Source: Octopus sinensis (Eukaryota). Taken from it: DNA of 64,000 bases. Below are positions 38,011 to 51,968 of the stretch, in pieces. Made by a program: the position numbers and the translations under genes. The notes under the pieces were generated by a model, which was not told the origin of the DNA, ran no database searches, and saw only the letters and a program-made list of their open reading frames with translations. Within the stretch, counting starts at the first letter, position 1. The number at the start of each line of letters is the position of its first letter. The stretch lies in the NCBI RefSeq assembly GCF_006345805.1, contig NC_043006.1, forward strand, positions 66,030,001 to 66,094,000, written 5' to 3'.

Positions 38011-39099
38011 TATGAAATAATTATTATGAATTGTAATTATCATTTTAACATTCATTTTTCCTTGCCTGTATGGGTCAAATTGGATTTATTAAGGCAGATT
38101 TTCTACAGCCAGGCGTCCTTCTTGTCACCAATATTCACCTGTTTCTAAGCAGGGTTATATGTCCCATGGCCAGACATACTTATGTAGAATATTGTATGAT
38201 TGACAATCATTTATGTACAACTTTCATAGGTTGTCAAGACAAACTGGCACTCCGTCGGTTATGATGATGTGGGTTCCAATTTATCCGATCAATGGAACAG
38301 CCTGCTTGTGAAATTAACATGCAAGTGGCTGAGGACTCCAGAGACACGGATAGCCTTAATGTAGTTGTCTGGGAGATTCCGTGTGACATGGCCCTTTGAA
38401 TTACAGGTTCAACTCATTTTTGTCAGCTGATTGGATTGGAGCGATGTGAAATGAAGTGTCTTGCTCAAGGATACAACATACCGTCGGGAATTGAACTCAT
38501 GACCTTACACTCATGAGCTAAATACCCTAACCACTAAGCCACCCCCTTTCACTGTTAAAACAAAGAAACACATGCCATGGGCCTTTTTCAGTTTCTGATT
38601 ATCAAATCCTCTCAAGGTTTTATTGACCTGGGGCTATAGTAGAAGACACTTGCCCAAGATGCCACACAATGGGACTGAACCTGAGGCCATGTGGTTGGGA
38701 AGCAAACTTCTTGACCATGCAGCCATTATTACTATTATCATAAATAATAAGAGGTTAATTTTTACCTCCACCTCTTTGATGGTTGTTTGACTTTTGGAGT
38801 TGACAGCTGAGGTAATTGCTTTTCTCTGGCACCAGGTGGAGCTAAGAACATTCATTGATTGCTGTTGCTGAGCCCCATGTCAACCGAGATGTTATTTAAA
38901 CTCTGGTCAACTTTGATTGAGCAAATTTTTGATCAAGGGCATTCCAGCCCCAATTATCCAGATTTTTCTTATGTGTAGAGAAGGGTGTGATTTGCAGGAA
39001 ATTAGGCTGCTATTTTTAGCAGGTTGGTCACTTACAGCCACTTCTCCTTTGACTCAGCTATACTGTTGTTGTTGTTGTACAGTAACATTGGTCCCTTGA

Positions 39100-39219
<120 letters not shown>

Positions 39220-39844
39220 TAGTCTTTCTTAACACCTCTCTATGCGTTAGTGTGTGAGAACAGTGTTGTTGAACTTGTGTAGTCCAAGGTTGGCCCTTAT
39301 TTATTAAGGGCCGCAGTAGGGAGAGTATTGTTGTAGTTGCTTAGTCAAAAGTTGGCTCTGAATTGTTAAGGGCCACAGTGGAGAGACCACAGGTGATGTT
39401 TATCTCAGAGGTCTTGGTCTTTCGTCATTGCCTCTGTGAGGCCCAATGTGCCACTGGCACAGGTATCACAACTACAATATCCATTTGATTTTTATTTTGA
39501 TGTTGATGTACTTGACTCAATAGGCCTCCTCAATTATAAAGAGAAATAAGAGAATAAAAATATGTCAAGACTCCATTGAATGAACAGCACATGGAATTAA
39601 TGTCTCCACACTATCCATTTGTAATAACAAAATATGAACTCCTGTCAGAGTTTACATACCATGGACAAGCCGCCTATCTACCCCATTCTACACAGCACAT
39701 TCCTTGGGTAATGGAACTGCAATTGTAACATCCAACCTATATTTTTATTCTCTTAATTTCCCTTTATACTTTCTATATCTCTCCCTTTCCAAAATAACTC
39801 CTTATATTGAACTCTACTATTTCTTTCTATTTAACTCTCATATC

Positions 39845-39892
39845 GTCTCTGATGAAGGGATATCCCTCATATCCCTGAAACAGCTGTAAGAC
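39845..39892 (+). ncRNA. Minimal type I hammerhead ribozyme (Penelope-type)
   Basis: GTCT-CTGATGA-AGGGATAT(ccctc)ATATCCCT-GAAA-C(AGCT)G-TA-AGAC. All core residues are present, with an 8-bp stem II, palindromic loop III, GUA cleavage triplet and 4-bp stem I. Confidence 0.8.
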
Positions 39893-40170
39893 AACATCTC
39901 TCTTTATAAATGACCTAGAAATTTCACACAGCCTTGGCTTTGTTGTCTCATCTTATTTAACGTATACATGCTCACACACGACTTGAATTAGACTCCTCAC
40001 TCATACTATCGAACCGGGAGTCTAACTACGGTCCTTCTGTAGCACTTACATAGCCTCACCTGCCTTTTGGATCTTCTGGATACCAAAACTCCTCACACAC
40101 ATACACACACACACATTTATGCATATACACACATGCATGCATTACTGAATTACCTTCCTTAACATTACAG

Positions 40171-40296
40171 GTACACCCCGAGGGAAAGTTTGTTGTCGAT
40201 GTGGACAAGAACATCGACATCAATGATGTCACTGCAAACAGCAGAGTTGCCCTGCGCAATGACTGTTACACTCTGCACAAAATCTTACCCAATAAA
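40171..40296 (+). CDS. PSMC5: PSMC5 exon 5 ([42 protein letters not shown])
   Basis: OB-fold region, AG/GT boundaries. Confidence 0.98.
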
Positions 40297-41423
40297 GTAA
40301 GTGACCACTGTTTCCTTGTTTCTTTTCTTTTTTCTTTTCACTATAATCATCATCATCGTAATGTATAGAAACATTTAAAAAATTTATGTATGTCTGTATT
40401 TAAATGTATAAGCATTGGCTGTGTGGTAAGTGGCCTGTTTACCAACCACATGGTACTGAGTTCAGTTCCACTGTGTGGCATCTTGGGCAACTGTCTTCTA
40501 CTATAGTCTTGGGCCAACCAAAGCCTTGTGAGTGGATTTGGTAGACGGAAACTGAAAGAAGCCTGTCATATATATATATGTATGTATATAAACTGTGGCA
40601 CTCCATTGGTTATGATGACGAGGGTCCCAGTTGATCCAATCAATGGAACAGCTTGCTTGTGAAATTAACGTGCAAGTGGCTGAGCACTCCACAGACACGT
40701 GTTGCCTTAATGTAGTTCTCAGGGAGATTCACCATGGCACAGAGTGTGACAAGGCTGGCCCCTTTGAAATACAAGTAGAACAGAAACAGGGAGAAAGAGT
40801 GAGAGAAAGTTGTGGTGAAAGAGTACAGCAGGGTTTGCTAACCCCCCTGCCGGAGTCTCGTGGAGCTTTAGGTGTTTAGGCTCAACAAACACGTTTGGTC
40901 TGGGAATTGAAATGACGATCCTATGACCATGAGTCCACTGCCCTAATTACTGGGCCATTGTTCCTCCACATATATGCAGCAAATATTCTGCTCAATACTA
41001 CAGATTTGCTTGTTATTTGTTTGACCTTAACCAGTTGAACATGTCCCTTGGTGGCTGACGATATGTGCATCTCTGTTCATGTGCAGAAGTAGCCATGTGT
41101 TGAGAGTAATTCTTTGGGGTTTGAATAATTCACCTCTGGAGACATGGTTGTTTTGTTCAACATCCTTAAACAACTCTTATTCAGGGACTGTTTGAGTGGG
41201 ATGGGCTACTTGGCCTGAAGAAAATTCTAACTGGGCCCCCACCTGCAAGGTCATGAGCAGTTTATCATGATATGAGATCACCATGTCGCACACATGTGGT
41301 AGTGATGCATGTGCCTGGTGCACTCTTATCAGGCAGGTAGTCATGATGGCTATATTGGACTTTGTCTATTTGTATCCCAATGTTACTTTTATAGCATGCA
41401 TTGCTCTCTCATTCAATAATAAT

Positions 41424-42049
<626 letters not shown>

Positions 42050-43114
42050 TAATATTTTCCATGTCTAGATGGTGCTCTGTCTCATCTCATTTCAATCCTG
42101 TGTGTGTGTATACACACACGTACATTTTTATTCTTTTACATGTTTCAGCCATTTGACTGTGGCCATGCTGGAGCATCACTTTATAGGGTAGTTGAAGAAA
42201 TCCCCTCCAGGACTTTGTAAGCCTAGTACTTATTCTGTTGGCCTTTTATGCTGAACTGCTAAGTTACAGGGATGTAAACACACCCACATTGGTTGTCAAT
42301 CAATGGTGGGGAGACACACATACATGATGGGCTTCTTTCAGTTTTTGCTTACCAAATCCACTCATACAGCTTTGGTCAACTTGGGGCTTATAGTAGAAGA
42401 CACTTGCCCAAAGTGCCATGCAGTGGGACTGAACCCAGAACCATATGGTTGGGAAGCAAGTTTACCACACAACCAATCCTGCCCCTATATATATATATAT
42501 ACACACTTGTAACTGTATCAACCAGTTTTGAATGATGCTTCCCTCACTGGCCAGGCCAGCAACCCTCTTGACTGAAATGGCAGTCCATTGCAGGGTCACC
42601 CCATTGACAGCTGAGTGGACTGGTGCAATGTGAAATGTTCTGTTCAAGAACACTTTGTACCTTCTGGTCTGGGAATCGAAATCATGATCTCGTGATCATA
42701 AGTGCAATCCTATGATGGCAAGGCCATGTGCCCTCATATAAATGTATTTACTATTTTGTCAACCTTGTAATGGAGAGTTAAGTTTTCCTGGTCAGGAGTG
42801 GTTGGCATTGGGAAAGGCATCCAGCTGTAGAAACTTTGCCAGATCAGATTGGAGACTGGTGCAGCCTTCTGGCTCGCCAATCCTCAGTCAAACCGTCCAA
42901 CCCATGCCAGCATGGAAAGCAGATGTTAAATGATGATGATAGCAGGAATTAACTTTAGAGCTAAAAGAGCTGGAAGAAATGTTGCAAGGCCATTTCTGTC
43001 TAAAATTTTTGTGGTTCTGGCAATCTCTCTAGAAGAGAAGAAATTTTAATAATTGTGTAAGAAATTAAACAAATAAATTTTGTTAATCTGTGTATATTAC
43101 TAAAAAATGTCTGA

Positions 43115-43291
<177 letters not shown>

Positions 43292-44340
43292 TAAGATTCT
43301 GTTGAGACAATGGGTGATGCCTCTTACTCCTTAGTTGTCCCTTAGAGCTGTGTTTGATTTAACCCCTCCACCACCATCGAAGAGAAATTATTGATCAAAT
43401 GTTAAAACAAAAATATAATGACTGGAAACAACAATTTTTTATACATATCTTACTTTCCGACATACAAGTCGATGTAGTATATAGTGTAAATATTTAAACA
43501 TTATCATTATCTTTCCAAATCCTGCTGCATTTCACCTGGAATTTTTGGTCCTCCAAAATTGTCTTGGTGTATAAGTCGACCCTTACCTATCCCCTCCCCT
43601 CTTTTTTTGCTGTAAAATTCGACTCCTATGCTGATATATGTGGTCAATATTCAGGGTGGTGAGTTAGCATGCCGGTTGAAATGCTTAGCAGTATTTTGTC
43701 TGCCATTATGTTCCGAGTTCAAATTCCACCGAGGTCAACTTTGCCTTTCATCCTTTCGGGGTCAATAAATTAAGTACCAGTTGCATACTGGGGTTAATCT
43801 TATTGACTGGCCCCTCCTCCCCCTAAATTTTGGGCCTTGTGCCTAGAGTAGAAAAGATTAAATAAGAACCAATTATGCACTGGAGTCGATGTAATCGACT
43901 TAATGCCTTTGTCTGTCCTTGTTTGTCCCCTCTATATTTAGATCCCCTGTGGGCAATAAAGAAATAAATATTCAGTATCTTGTACAAGTGTCCAAGACAC
44001 TCTTCTGTGGAATTGGGTCCCAAGCTAACCAAAGGTTTAGGAGTGAATTTGATTGATGGAAACTGAAATGAGCCTGTAATGTGTGTGTGTGTGTATATTT
44101 TTTAGCTCATAGATATAGCTGTTATTTCTAGCACTTCAAGCGACCACCCATATGGTTTCTTGTTTAATACGACCAAGTTTTCTTGATGTTTGATGGAGTC
44201 TGCTAAGAGATGAAAGCCACAACATCTAGGGTAAATGAGATATAACCACACTTGTTACTTTATCTCTTATTGGATATCCTTACTCAGTGGGAGATATTCA
44301 GCAACAGTACTCTAGAGTAAAGATTATTTGCCAACATAAT

Positions 44341-44670
44341 GTGGCAGTCCTGGTTTATGATTAATGTTGCTGTAATTTAGCCCCAGGAGACATTGTATCC
44401 AGCTGGCTATACAACATGATCTGTGTCCTTATATTTTGAACAAAGGCATTTATCACCCCAACTTGACTCAAAACAATATCTGTGTATTCCAGGTCAAAAA
44501 GGGAAATAACCCAGGAATCGTGATACACAGATATTGTTTTGAGCTGAGTGGGGTTACTAAATGCCTTTATTCGAAAATATAAGGACACAGATTGTGTTGT
44601 ATAGCCAGCTGGAGACAATGTCTCCTGGAGCTAAATTACAGCAACATTCGTTCTAAACCGGGACTGCTAT
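44341..44670. mobile_element. Fold-back MITE (about 150-bp arms)
   Basis: GGCAGTCCTGGTTTA.. mirrored by ..TAAACCGGGACTGCTA, with a ~30-nt loop. Confidence 0.85.
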
Positions 44671-44861
44671 GTTATTTTGGCAAATGATCTTTACTTTGGA
44701 TATCTTTGGTAAATCACATAATTATCCTCTTCCTCATACGATCATCACCACCTTCATTATCCTGCTGTCCAAATGGTTCTTTTCTTTGCGATACTTTATA
44801 CCTTTACCTGATATTTTTTCCCATTCACCCTTCAAAAAAAAAAAGAGTTTATTTTTTTTAG

Positions 44862-45059
<198 letters not shown>

Positions 45060-45549
45060 TAGAAAGCGGGAGAGAAAGAGAGACATTGCTGTTTGTTAAT
45101 TGAATATGATTAACATAAACACTTTCCTTTTCCTCATGCACACAGGGGCAGGCATGGCTGTGTGGTAAGAAGTTTACTTCCTAACTACATGGTTCTGGGT
45201 TCAGTCCCACTGTGTGACACCTTGGGTTGACCAAAGCCTTGTGAGTGGATTTTGTAGATGGAAACTGAAAGGAACTTTGTGTGTGTGTCTCAATGTGATA
45301 ACTGGTGTTGGTATGTTTAGATCACTGTAACTCAGCAGTTTGGCAAAAGAGACTGACAGAATAAGTACCAGGTTTAGAAAGTTAAAAAGGGACTGAGGTT
45401 GATTCATTTGACTAAAATTCCTGAAGGCGGTGCCCCAGCATGGCCTCGGTCTAATGACTGAATCAAGTAAGTGATAAACAGAAAACACAATCGGAAATAT
45501 GCTCTCACACACACAGAGATACTAGCAGTCAGAGAAATGGGGAAGGAGA

Positions 45550-46310
45550 GAATCATCATTGCCGTTTAACGTCCGTTTTCCATGCTGGCATGGGTTGGAC
45601 GCTTTGACTGAAAACTGGTAAGTGAGGGAACTGCACCAGGTTCCAATCTGATTTGGCATGGTTTCCACAGCTGGATAACCTTCCTAACGCCAACCACTCC
45701 AAGAGTGTAGAGGGTGCCTTTCACATGCCATTGGCACGGGTACCATTGACGTGACACCACCATTGGCCAGGACCGTGATCTCACTTGGCTTGACAGGTCT
45801 GCACAAGCACAGTATACCCTTTTCTACTCTAGGTACAAGCCCCGAAATTTTTGGGGAGCCGACCAGTCGTTTAGATCGACCCTAGTATGCAACTGGTACT
45901 TAATTTATTGACCTTGAAAAAATGAAAGACAAAATCAACCTCGGTGGAATTTGAACTCAGAATGTAAAGACAGGAAATACCACTAAGCATTTTGCCTGGC
46001 CTGCTAACGTTTCTGCCAGTTCGCTGCCTTTTACAAGCACGGTCTATGACCAAAGGTCTAGATCACCTGCCACTGTCTCTGTGAGGCTCAATACTCAAAC
46101 GGTGCTTTTCACATGCCACCAGCACAAGTGCCCGTCAGACAGCACCAACATCGACCACTCCTACGGTTTCACTTGACCTGACAAGTCTTCTCAAGTACAG
46201 CATATGGCCCAACATCTGAGTGGTGCTTTTTACGTGCCAAACACGCGACACAGGCATTGACAACTAATCTCACATGCCTTGATGGGTCTTCTCAAGCACG
46301 GCGTATCGCC
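45550..46310 (-). mobile_element. RTE 3' fragments interrupted by a SINE family B copy
   Basis: RTE UTR motifs at 45550-45810 and 46030-46310, with SINE B at 45820-46030. Confidence 0.65.
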
Positions 46311-47241
46311 AAGAAATATTAAAACGTCTGTGAAATAAGCTGATGTCAAATCAGCAACGTAAGCCCCCCTCACACATATATGCTTGTGTTGTCGAGTTTT
46401 CTTGCTCCGACCTCATGTGATAGTTGTAAGCGGGCCAAAGGGTCAAACCAAATCGTTTCATACTTGACGCCGCCAGAAGAATAAAAGACGTGAAAGTTGA
46501 ATCCACGAGGAGTTGAACTCGGAACATAAAGGGACATAACTCTATTTTGAAGTACTATTGTCTGGTACTCCACTGTACGAAAGCAGTATCAAAATTTAGT
46601 GTACTTTTTTTTAAAAATTATTCATCGCCTTGAAGAAGCAGAAGTAACATTATTTTTAAATATTTCGTTGTCACAACCGTTGAACATTGCTTATTTCGTG
46701 TTGTTGCCATCGCGTTGTATATTTTATCACATACAAATTATTCCCCTTGGAAAGCATAAAAAAAAAAATAAATGTATGATGTAAGGGAAGCTACTCCTGT
46801 TTTTGACATTTCGTTTAGCAATATTTTCGGATTGGCTGCAGTCACATTGCCTCAAATATCCGTTAAATTAACCCTTCCACCGATGTAGGAGAAGGTTCTA
46901 AAGGAAAATGTTTCTTGAGAAAAAAAGATGGAAATTTTTGAGTGAGATATAGAATTGGGTGGGCAAGTAGAATTGTGCGATACTTTTTAATAGGTAGATG
47001 AATGTGACATAGAGATAACTAGAAGGGAGTACAAGAGGTGAAGGTTTTTGATAGTGTATGTGTACTTTAATAGTTGAGAGGAAGAGCAGCAGTTCTTTAT
47101 AAATGTCTTCCAACCAAACAGGGTCAGATGGAATTTAAGTAGATTTTTTAATTTAAAAGGGTAGAGTGTGATGTCAAAGTGATTTAGCTGCTTTTGCCAG
47201 CATAGATTTAATGTTGATGTTGTTGTGTGTTTCTGTTACAG

Positions 47242-47318
47242 GCGACAGTGAAGTACAGAGAACCATGTTGGAATTACTGAACCAACTTGATGGGTTTGAG
47301 CCAAAACAAAACATAAAG
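47242..47318 (+). CDS. PSMC5: PSMC5 exon 9 ([26 protein letters not shown])
   Basis: AG/GT boundaries, conserved AAA motif. Confidence 0.99.
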
Positions 47319-47784
47319 GTAAGCCCCCCCGCCCCTCCACATATATGCTTGTGTTATTGAGTTTTCTTGCCCTGACATCATGTGATAGTTGTAAGCAAGT
47401 ATCATAATGCAAGCAGTGTTGTTTGTTTGCAATATTCTGTGAAAATATTTCTGGTTGTGGGGGAATATTATCTTACATGGGAACAGGTGAGGGTTGCTGA
47501 CAGGAAGGGCATCCAGCTGTAGAAAATCTGCTTCAGTAAACTGTCTGACCCATGCAAGCATGGAATAGTGATGTCATGTCAACAAGACAAACACACACAT
47601 ACATATAGACTCAAACTCACACCCACACGATGGGCTTCTTTCAGTTTCTGTTTACTAAGTCCACTCTCAAGATTATTGTTGGGCCAGGGCTATAGTTGAA
47701 GATGCTTGTCCAAGGTGCCATGCAATGGGACTGAACCCGGAACCATGTGGTTGGGAAGCAAACTTCTTACCACACATCTGCATC

Positions 47785-48800
47785 TACATGTATGAGGTCT
47801 GATGAAAAAGTATCATGACTGTTACTATAGTAACAGAGCTAAAGCACTCAGAGTGAAGACGCTTGGCACAGGTTGACCTTGAATGCATGCACACTGTTCT
47901 ATCCTTCTTGCTCACTTCTGTCGTTTATATCGGTGTTTGAGAAAGATTGGCTTTCAGTTGTGCAGGATCTCATTGATTGTGTCAAGAAAGACATAAACGT
48001 CTTGAAAACAGTCATAACAGGTGACAGACCATGGGTACACAGCCATAACCCCGAAACTAAGGTGAAAATGAAATCCCACTTGAAAGGAACAACTTTCCAA
48101 GATGTTCTATATTTTAGAGATGAGGAATTATTTACATTGGACGGATATGTGTCCTCATCTTGTTTATTGTTACCACAACGTTTCGGCTGATTTACTCTCC
48201 AGTATTCATCTGGTGTCCTGGTAGAATTTTTGAATCCAACCCTGGGTATAGCTGATCATGTATGGAAAAGTGGAGACCACCTTCCACTGTGAGATGAAGT
48301 TAAAATAATAGACAGAGGACACCACTGGAAAATATGAAAACTAAAAGAAGCAGTGCGTATGCTAGGACACAATAACCTCCTAAGCAGACCTAGTGCAGAT
48401 ATGAGTAGAAAATGGGCACCGGTCTTAATAGGTTTATAAGCCCTAAAATTCACTCTATAATTGCCCATGGGTATATAGCATAATGATTAAGTGTGTGGGC
48501 TACTAATCCCAAGATTGTGAGTTCTATTCCAGGCAATGCCTTGAATAAATAATAATAATAACATCAGCAAAAAATACCTTAAGAATGAGAACCCAGGATC
48601 GGGTTCAAAATTCTATCAGGACACCGGATGAAGGCTGGTGAGTAAATCAGCCGAAACATGGTAACAACAAACAAGATGAGGACACACATCCGTCTAGTAT
48701 GAATTAGCATTCCAAGATGTTGAGAAAATCCATGGGAATGCTACAAAGTAGCTACTCACTGTCCTGAAAAATGGAGTTGCAGGAAGGCTTCCATCAACAC
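47785..48800 (+). mobile_element. Mariner relic interrupted at 48107-48709
   Basis: TIR-like TATGAGGTCTGATGAAAAAGTATC and VITGDRPWVHSHNPETK (first-D motif). Same family as 61619-62496. Confidence 0.75.
48107..48709 (+). mobile_element. 5'-truncated Penelope-like element: GIY-YIG C-terminus, tRNA-like/hammerhead terminal unit, inverted 5' arm
   Basis: TSD TTCCAAGATGTT (48095-106 / 48710-721). 48248-48439 translates as IADHVWKSGDHLPL*DEVKIIDRGHHWKI*KLKEAVRMLGHNNLLSRP..W. Confidence 0.8.
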
Positions 48801-49465
48801 GGATGATGATGGATAAAGTGTGTGGCTTTAGAAAGAGAGTATTTTAAGGAGATTAAATGGTGAATTGATAGGTATTGTAGTTTTCTTTTTATAGTATCAG
48901 TCTTGATACATTTTGATAAAACCATGTACAGTTGAACCTTGATTGGCTCCTCTGCTGGTGACATGTAAAAAGCACTATCTGAACATGGCTGGTACCAGGG
49001 CTGTCTGACTGGCTCCCATGCTGGTGGCATGTAAAAAGCTCTATCCAAACATGGCCGTTGCTGGTGGCATGTAAAAAGCACCCACTACACTCTCGGAATG
49101 GTTGGCATTAGGAAGGGCATCCAGCTGTAGAAACATTGCCTAATTAGATTGGAGCCTGGTGCAGCCACTGGCTTTCCAGACCTCATTCAAACTGTCCAAC
49201 CCATGCCAGCATGGAAAGCAGATGTTCAACGATAACAATGATGTTACATTTAGTTTCTCTATATATACACACATCCACAACCCTCCGAAGTATATGGGCA
49301 CAAAAGCAGAGCTGATGGCCGTCTGTCTATCTATGTATCTATCAATCTATATATGTATGTCTCATTTGTAAATATATAAATACAAATTACATATCGAGTG
49401 TGTATGTATTATATTAATGTGTTATATAAATATGTTCAATGTCGTGTTTGTATTTTTCTGATTAG

Positions 49466-49696
<231 letters not shown>

Positions 49697-51968
49697 TGAC
49701 GGCATGGAAGATTGGATGATTGTGTATGGGTATCTTTCAGCTTCTTTCACTAAATCTACTCATCAAGGCTTAGATTGGAAAAGATATTTTCCAGGGCCTA
49801 TTGGAAAAGATATTTGCCCAAGGTGTGCTGTGGGACTGAACCTGGGATTAGTCTGTAGCTATAGTAGAAGGCATTTGCCCAGGGTGTCACTTGGGGGCAT
49901 TGAACCCCAAATCACATGGTTAGGAAGCAAGCTTCTTAACCACACTGCCACATCTGACTATTATAATGATAATATCAAAAGCAAATTTGTCACCCGCTCA
50001 GCCATACCTGTGTGTGCACATGGGGTGTGTGTGTGCATGAATATGCATGTTTGTGGCTGCCCATTATCTTGATATTCTGTACATGCTGCAGACCATATCA
50101 ATGACATTATTTACATTCTGCCATGGAAACATGTTTGGCTTTTGAACTGCTCATTGTTTGAAAGATCGTGGGAAATGCTACCCTTACTGTGAAGCCTCAG
50201 TGAGTCAAGTTTGAACTCAGCTAAATGGGGGAAGAAAAAATAGATGCTAAAGCAATGATATCATCATCATTCACATGGATCAGATGGAATCTGTTGTGGC
50301 AGATTTTCTGTGGCTGGATGCTCTTCCAATCATCAACTTTCACCTATTTCCAGGTAAGGAGACATTTCTTCATGGCCAGACTTGTTTTTCACAGAAAACT
50401 GGAAATGAACAGCATCACTTGTATGATGGTGATAGTTATTTACAACCAGCACATGATATCAAGACAAGCCCTGCTCCTTCTAGGCTTCTTCCAGTTTACT
50501 AAATCTACTCACAAGGCTTTGGTGAGTCTGTAGCTATAGTAGAAGACATTTTCCCAAAGTGTCACGTGGGGGCATTGAACCCAAAACCACATGGTTGGGA
50601 AGCAAGCTTAACCACACTGTCACATCTGGTGACTGTTATAATAATATGAAAAGGATAATGAGCAAGAAAAAAAAATTTTGGGTGAGATTGTTGTTAGGGA
50701 GGGCAACCAAATGAGAGAATTCTGGATAAAGAACAGATCTCCTCCACTGGTGACTCTCCTCTCTTGAAATATCAAATATCATGTATGAAATTGCCATCTT
50801 GAAACCCTTTTTCTATTTTATGGTTGGTGGAGGAGTGGCAGTAGTGGTGAGAGGTGTCAGTGTGTTGTGGATGGAGGAGTGATGGTGATGGAAAGGTGAC
50901 AGCACTTTATGGTGTGTGCGGTGGGGGACAGGTGGTGATAGTGATGAAGTGACAACACTCCATAGCTGGAGGAGGTACTTCATATTGTTGCTGTTACATA
51001 TACAGCTCCAGTTTCTCTAGTAAAAAGCATTTCCTTCACACATGTACATACACACACACACATATATAGAGAAGATAAAATAAGTGTTGTATTGGCAAGA
51101 TTGATTTTCAATTTTCCAGATATTATATTTTATTAATTACATTATTGATTACCTTTACAACAAAGACAGCAATTGTAATGACAGCTGTAACAACAACAAC
51201 AATAATAAAGGTAGCCACTATCAGCAACAACAACAACCATCACAATATTTAAATTTTTTTAATCTATTTTTTATTTGTTTTGTTATGTTGGACTTGTTAT
51301 CTCATTAGAGATAATAGGATGATTGTATGGTTATGTGTGGATCTATTAACACACACACACACACACGCATATATATATATACACACCCATGTGTAAATAT
51401 GTGTTATAATTTACACATACATATATGCACACAGTTAAGATCTTGGATTTGCATTACTCCACCCCACCACCACCACTATCATCATTATCACCATGGTAAT
51501 TACCTGTGCCCTCATCATCATCATCTTAATCTTTATTACCTTTCCATTCTCTTGTTAATTTTCCCAGTTGTTAAGTTTCATTGGTCTGCAGCACATGTGT
51601 ATGCACACACACACAGTCCCTTTATGTTAATCCCCTTGCATCATTTCGTCTGTAGAGCCCAACATCTTTAGCTCTAATGATGTCATTTCCTTCCCTCTGG
51701 GCCCTTTGTTGTCTCTATCTCTCTGATCCCCTCTAACATGTATACCCCTTTGCCATTCAAACCAGCCATATCCGGTCTAAATATTTTACCAGTTTGATGT
51801 TGAAACTGGCCAGATCCAGCCTCTCATGTGTACCCTACAATATCATTCTAAAAAAATAAACAATCACATCATTGAAAACTCTGAGGTAATTAATCCCTCA
51901 TTAATTCAAATCAATGTGAATAAACAGGCACTGAATTTGACAGAGTAATCTGAATGCTAGAGGGATAT

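Noticed and set aside
38750-38900. Antisense peptide APPGAREKQLPQLSTPKVKQPSKRW with a donor-like end
   Set aside because: It adjoins a dispersed repeat fragment and has an in-frame stop immediately upstream.
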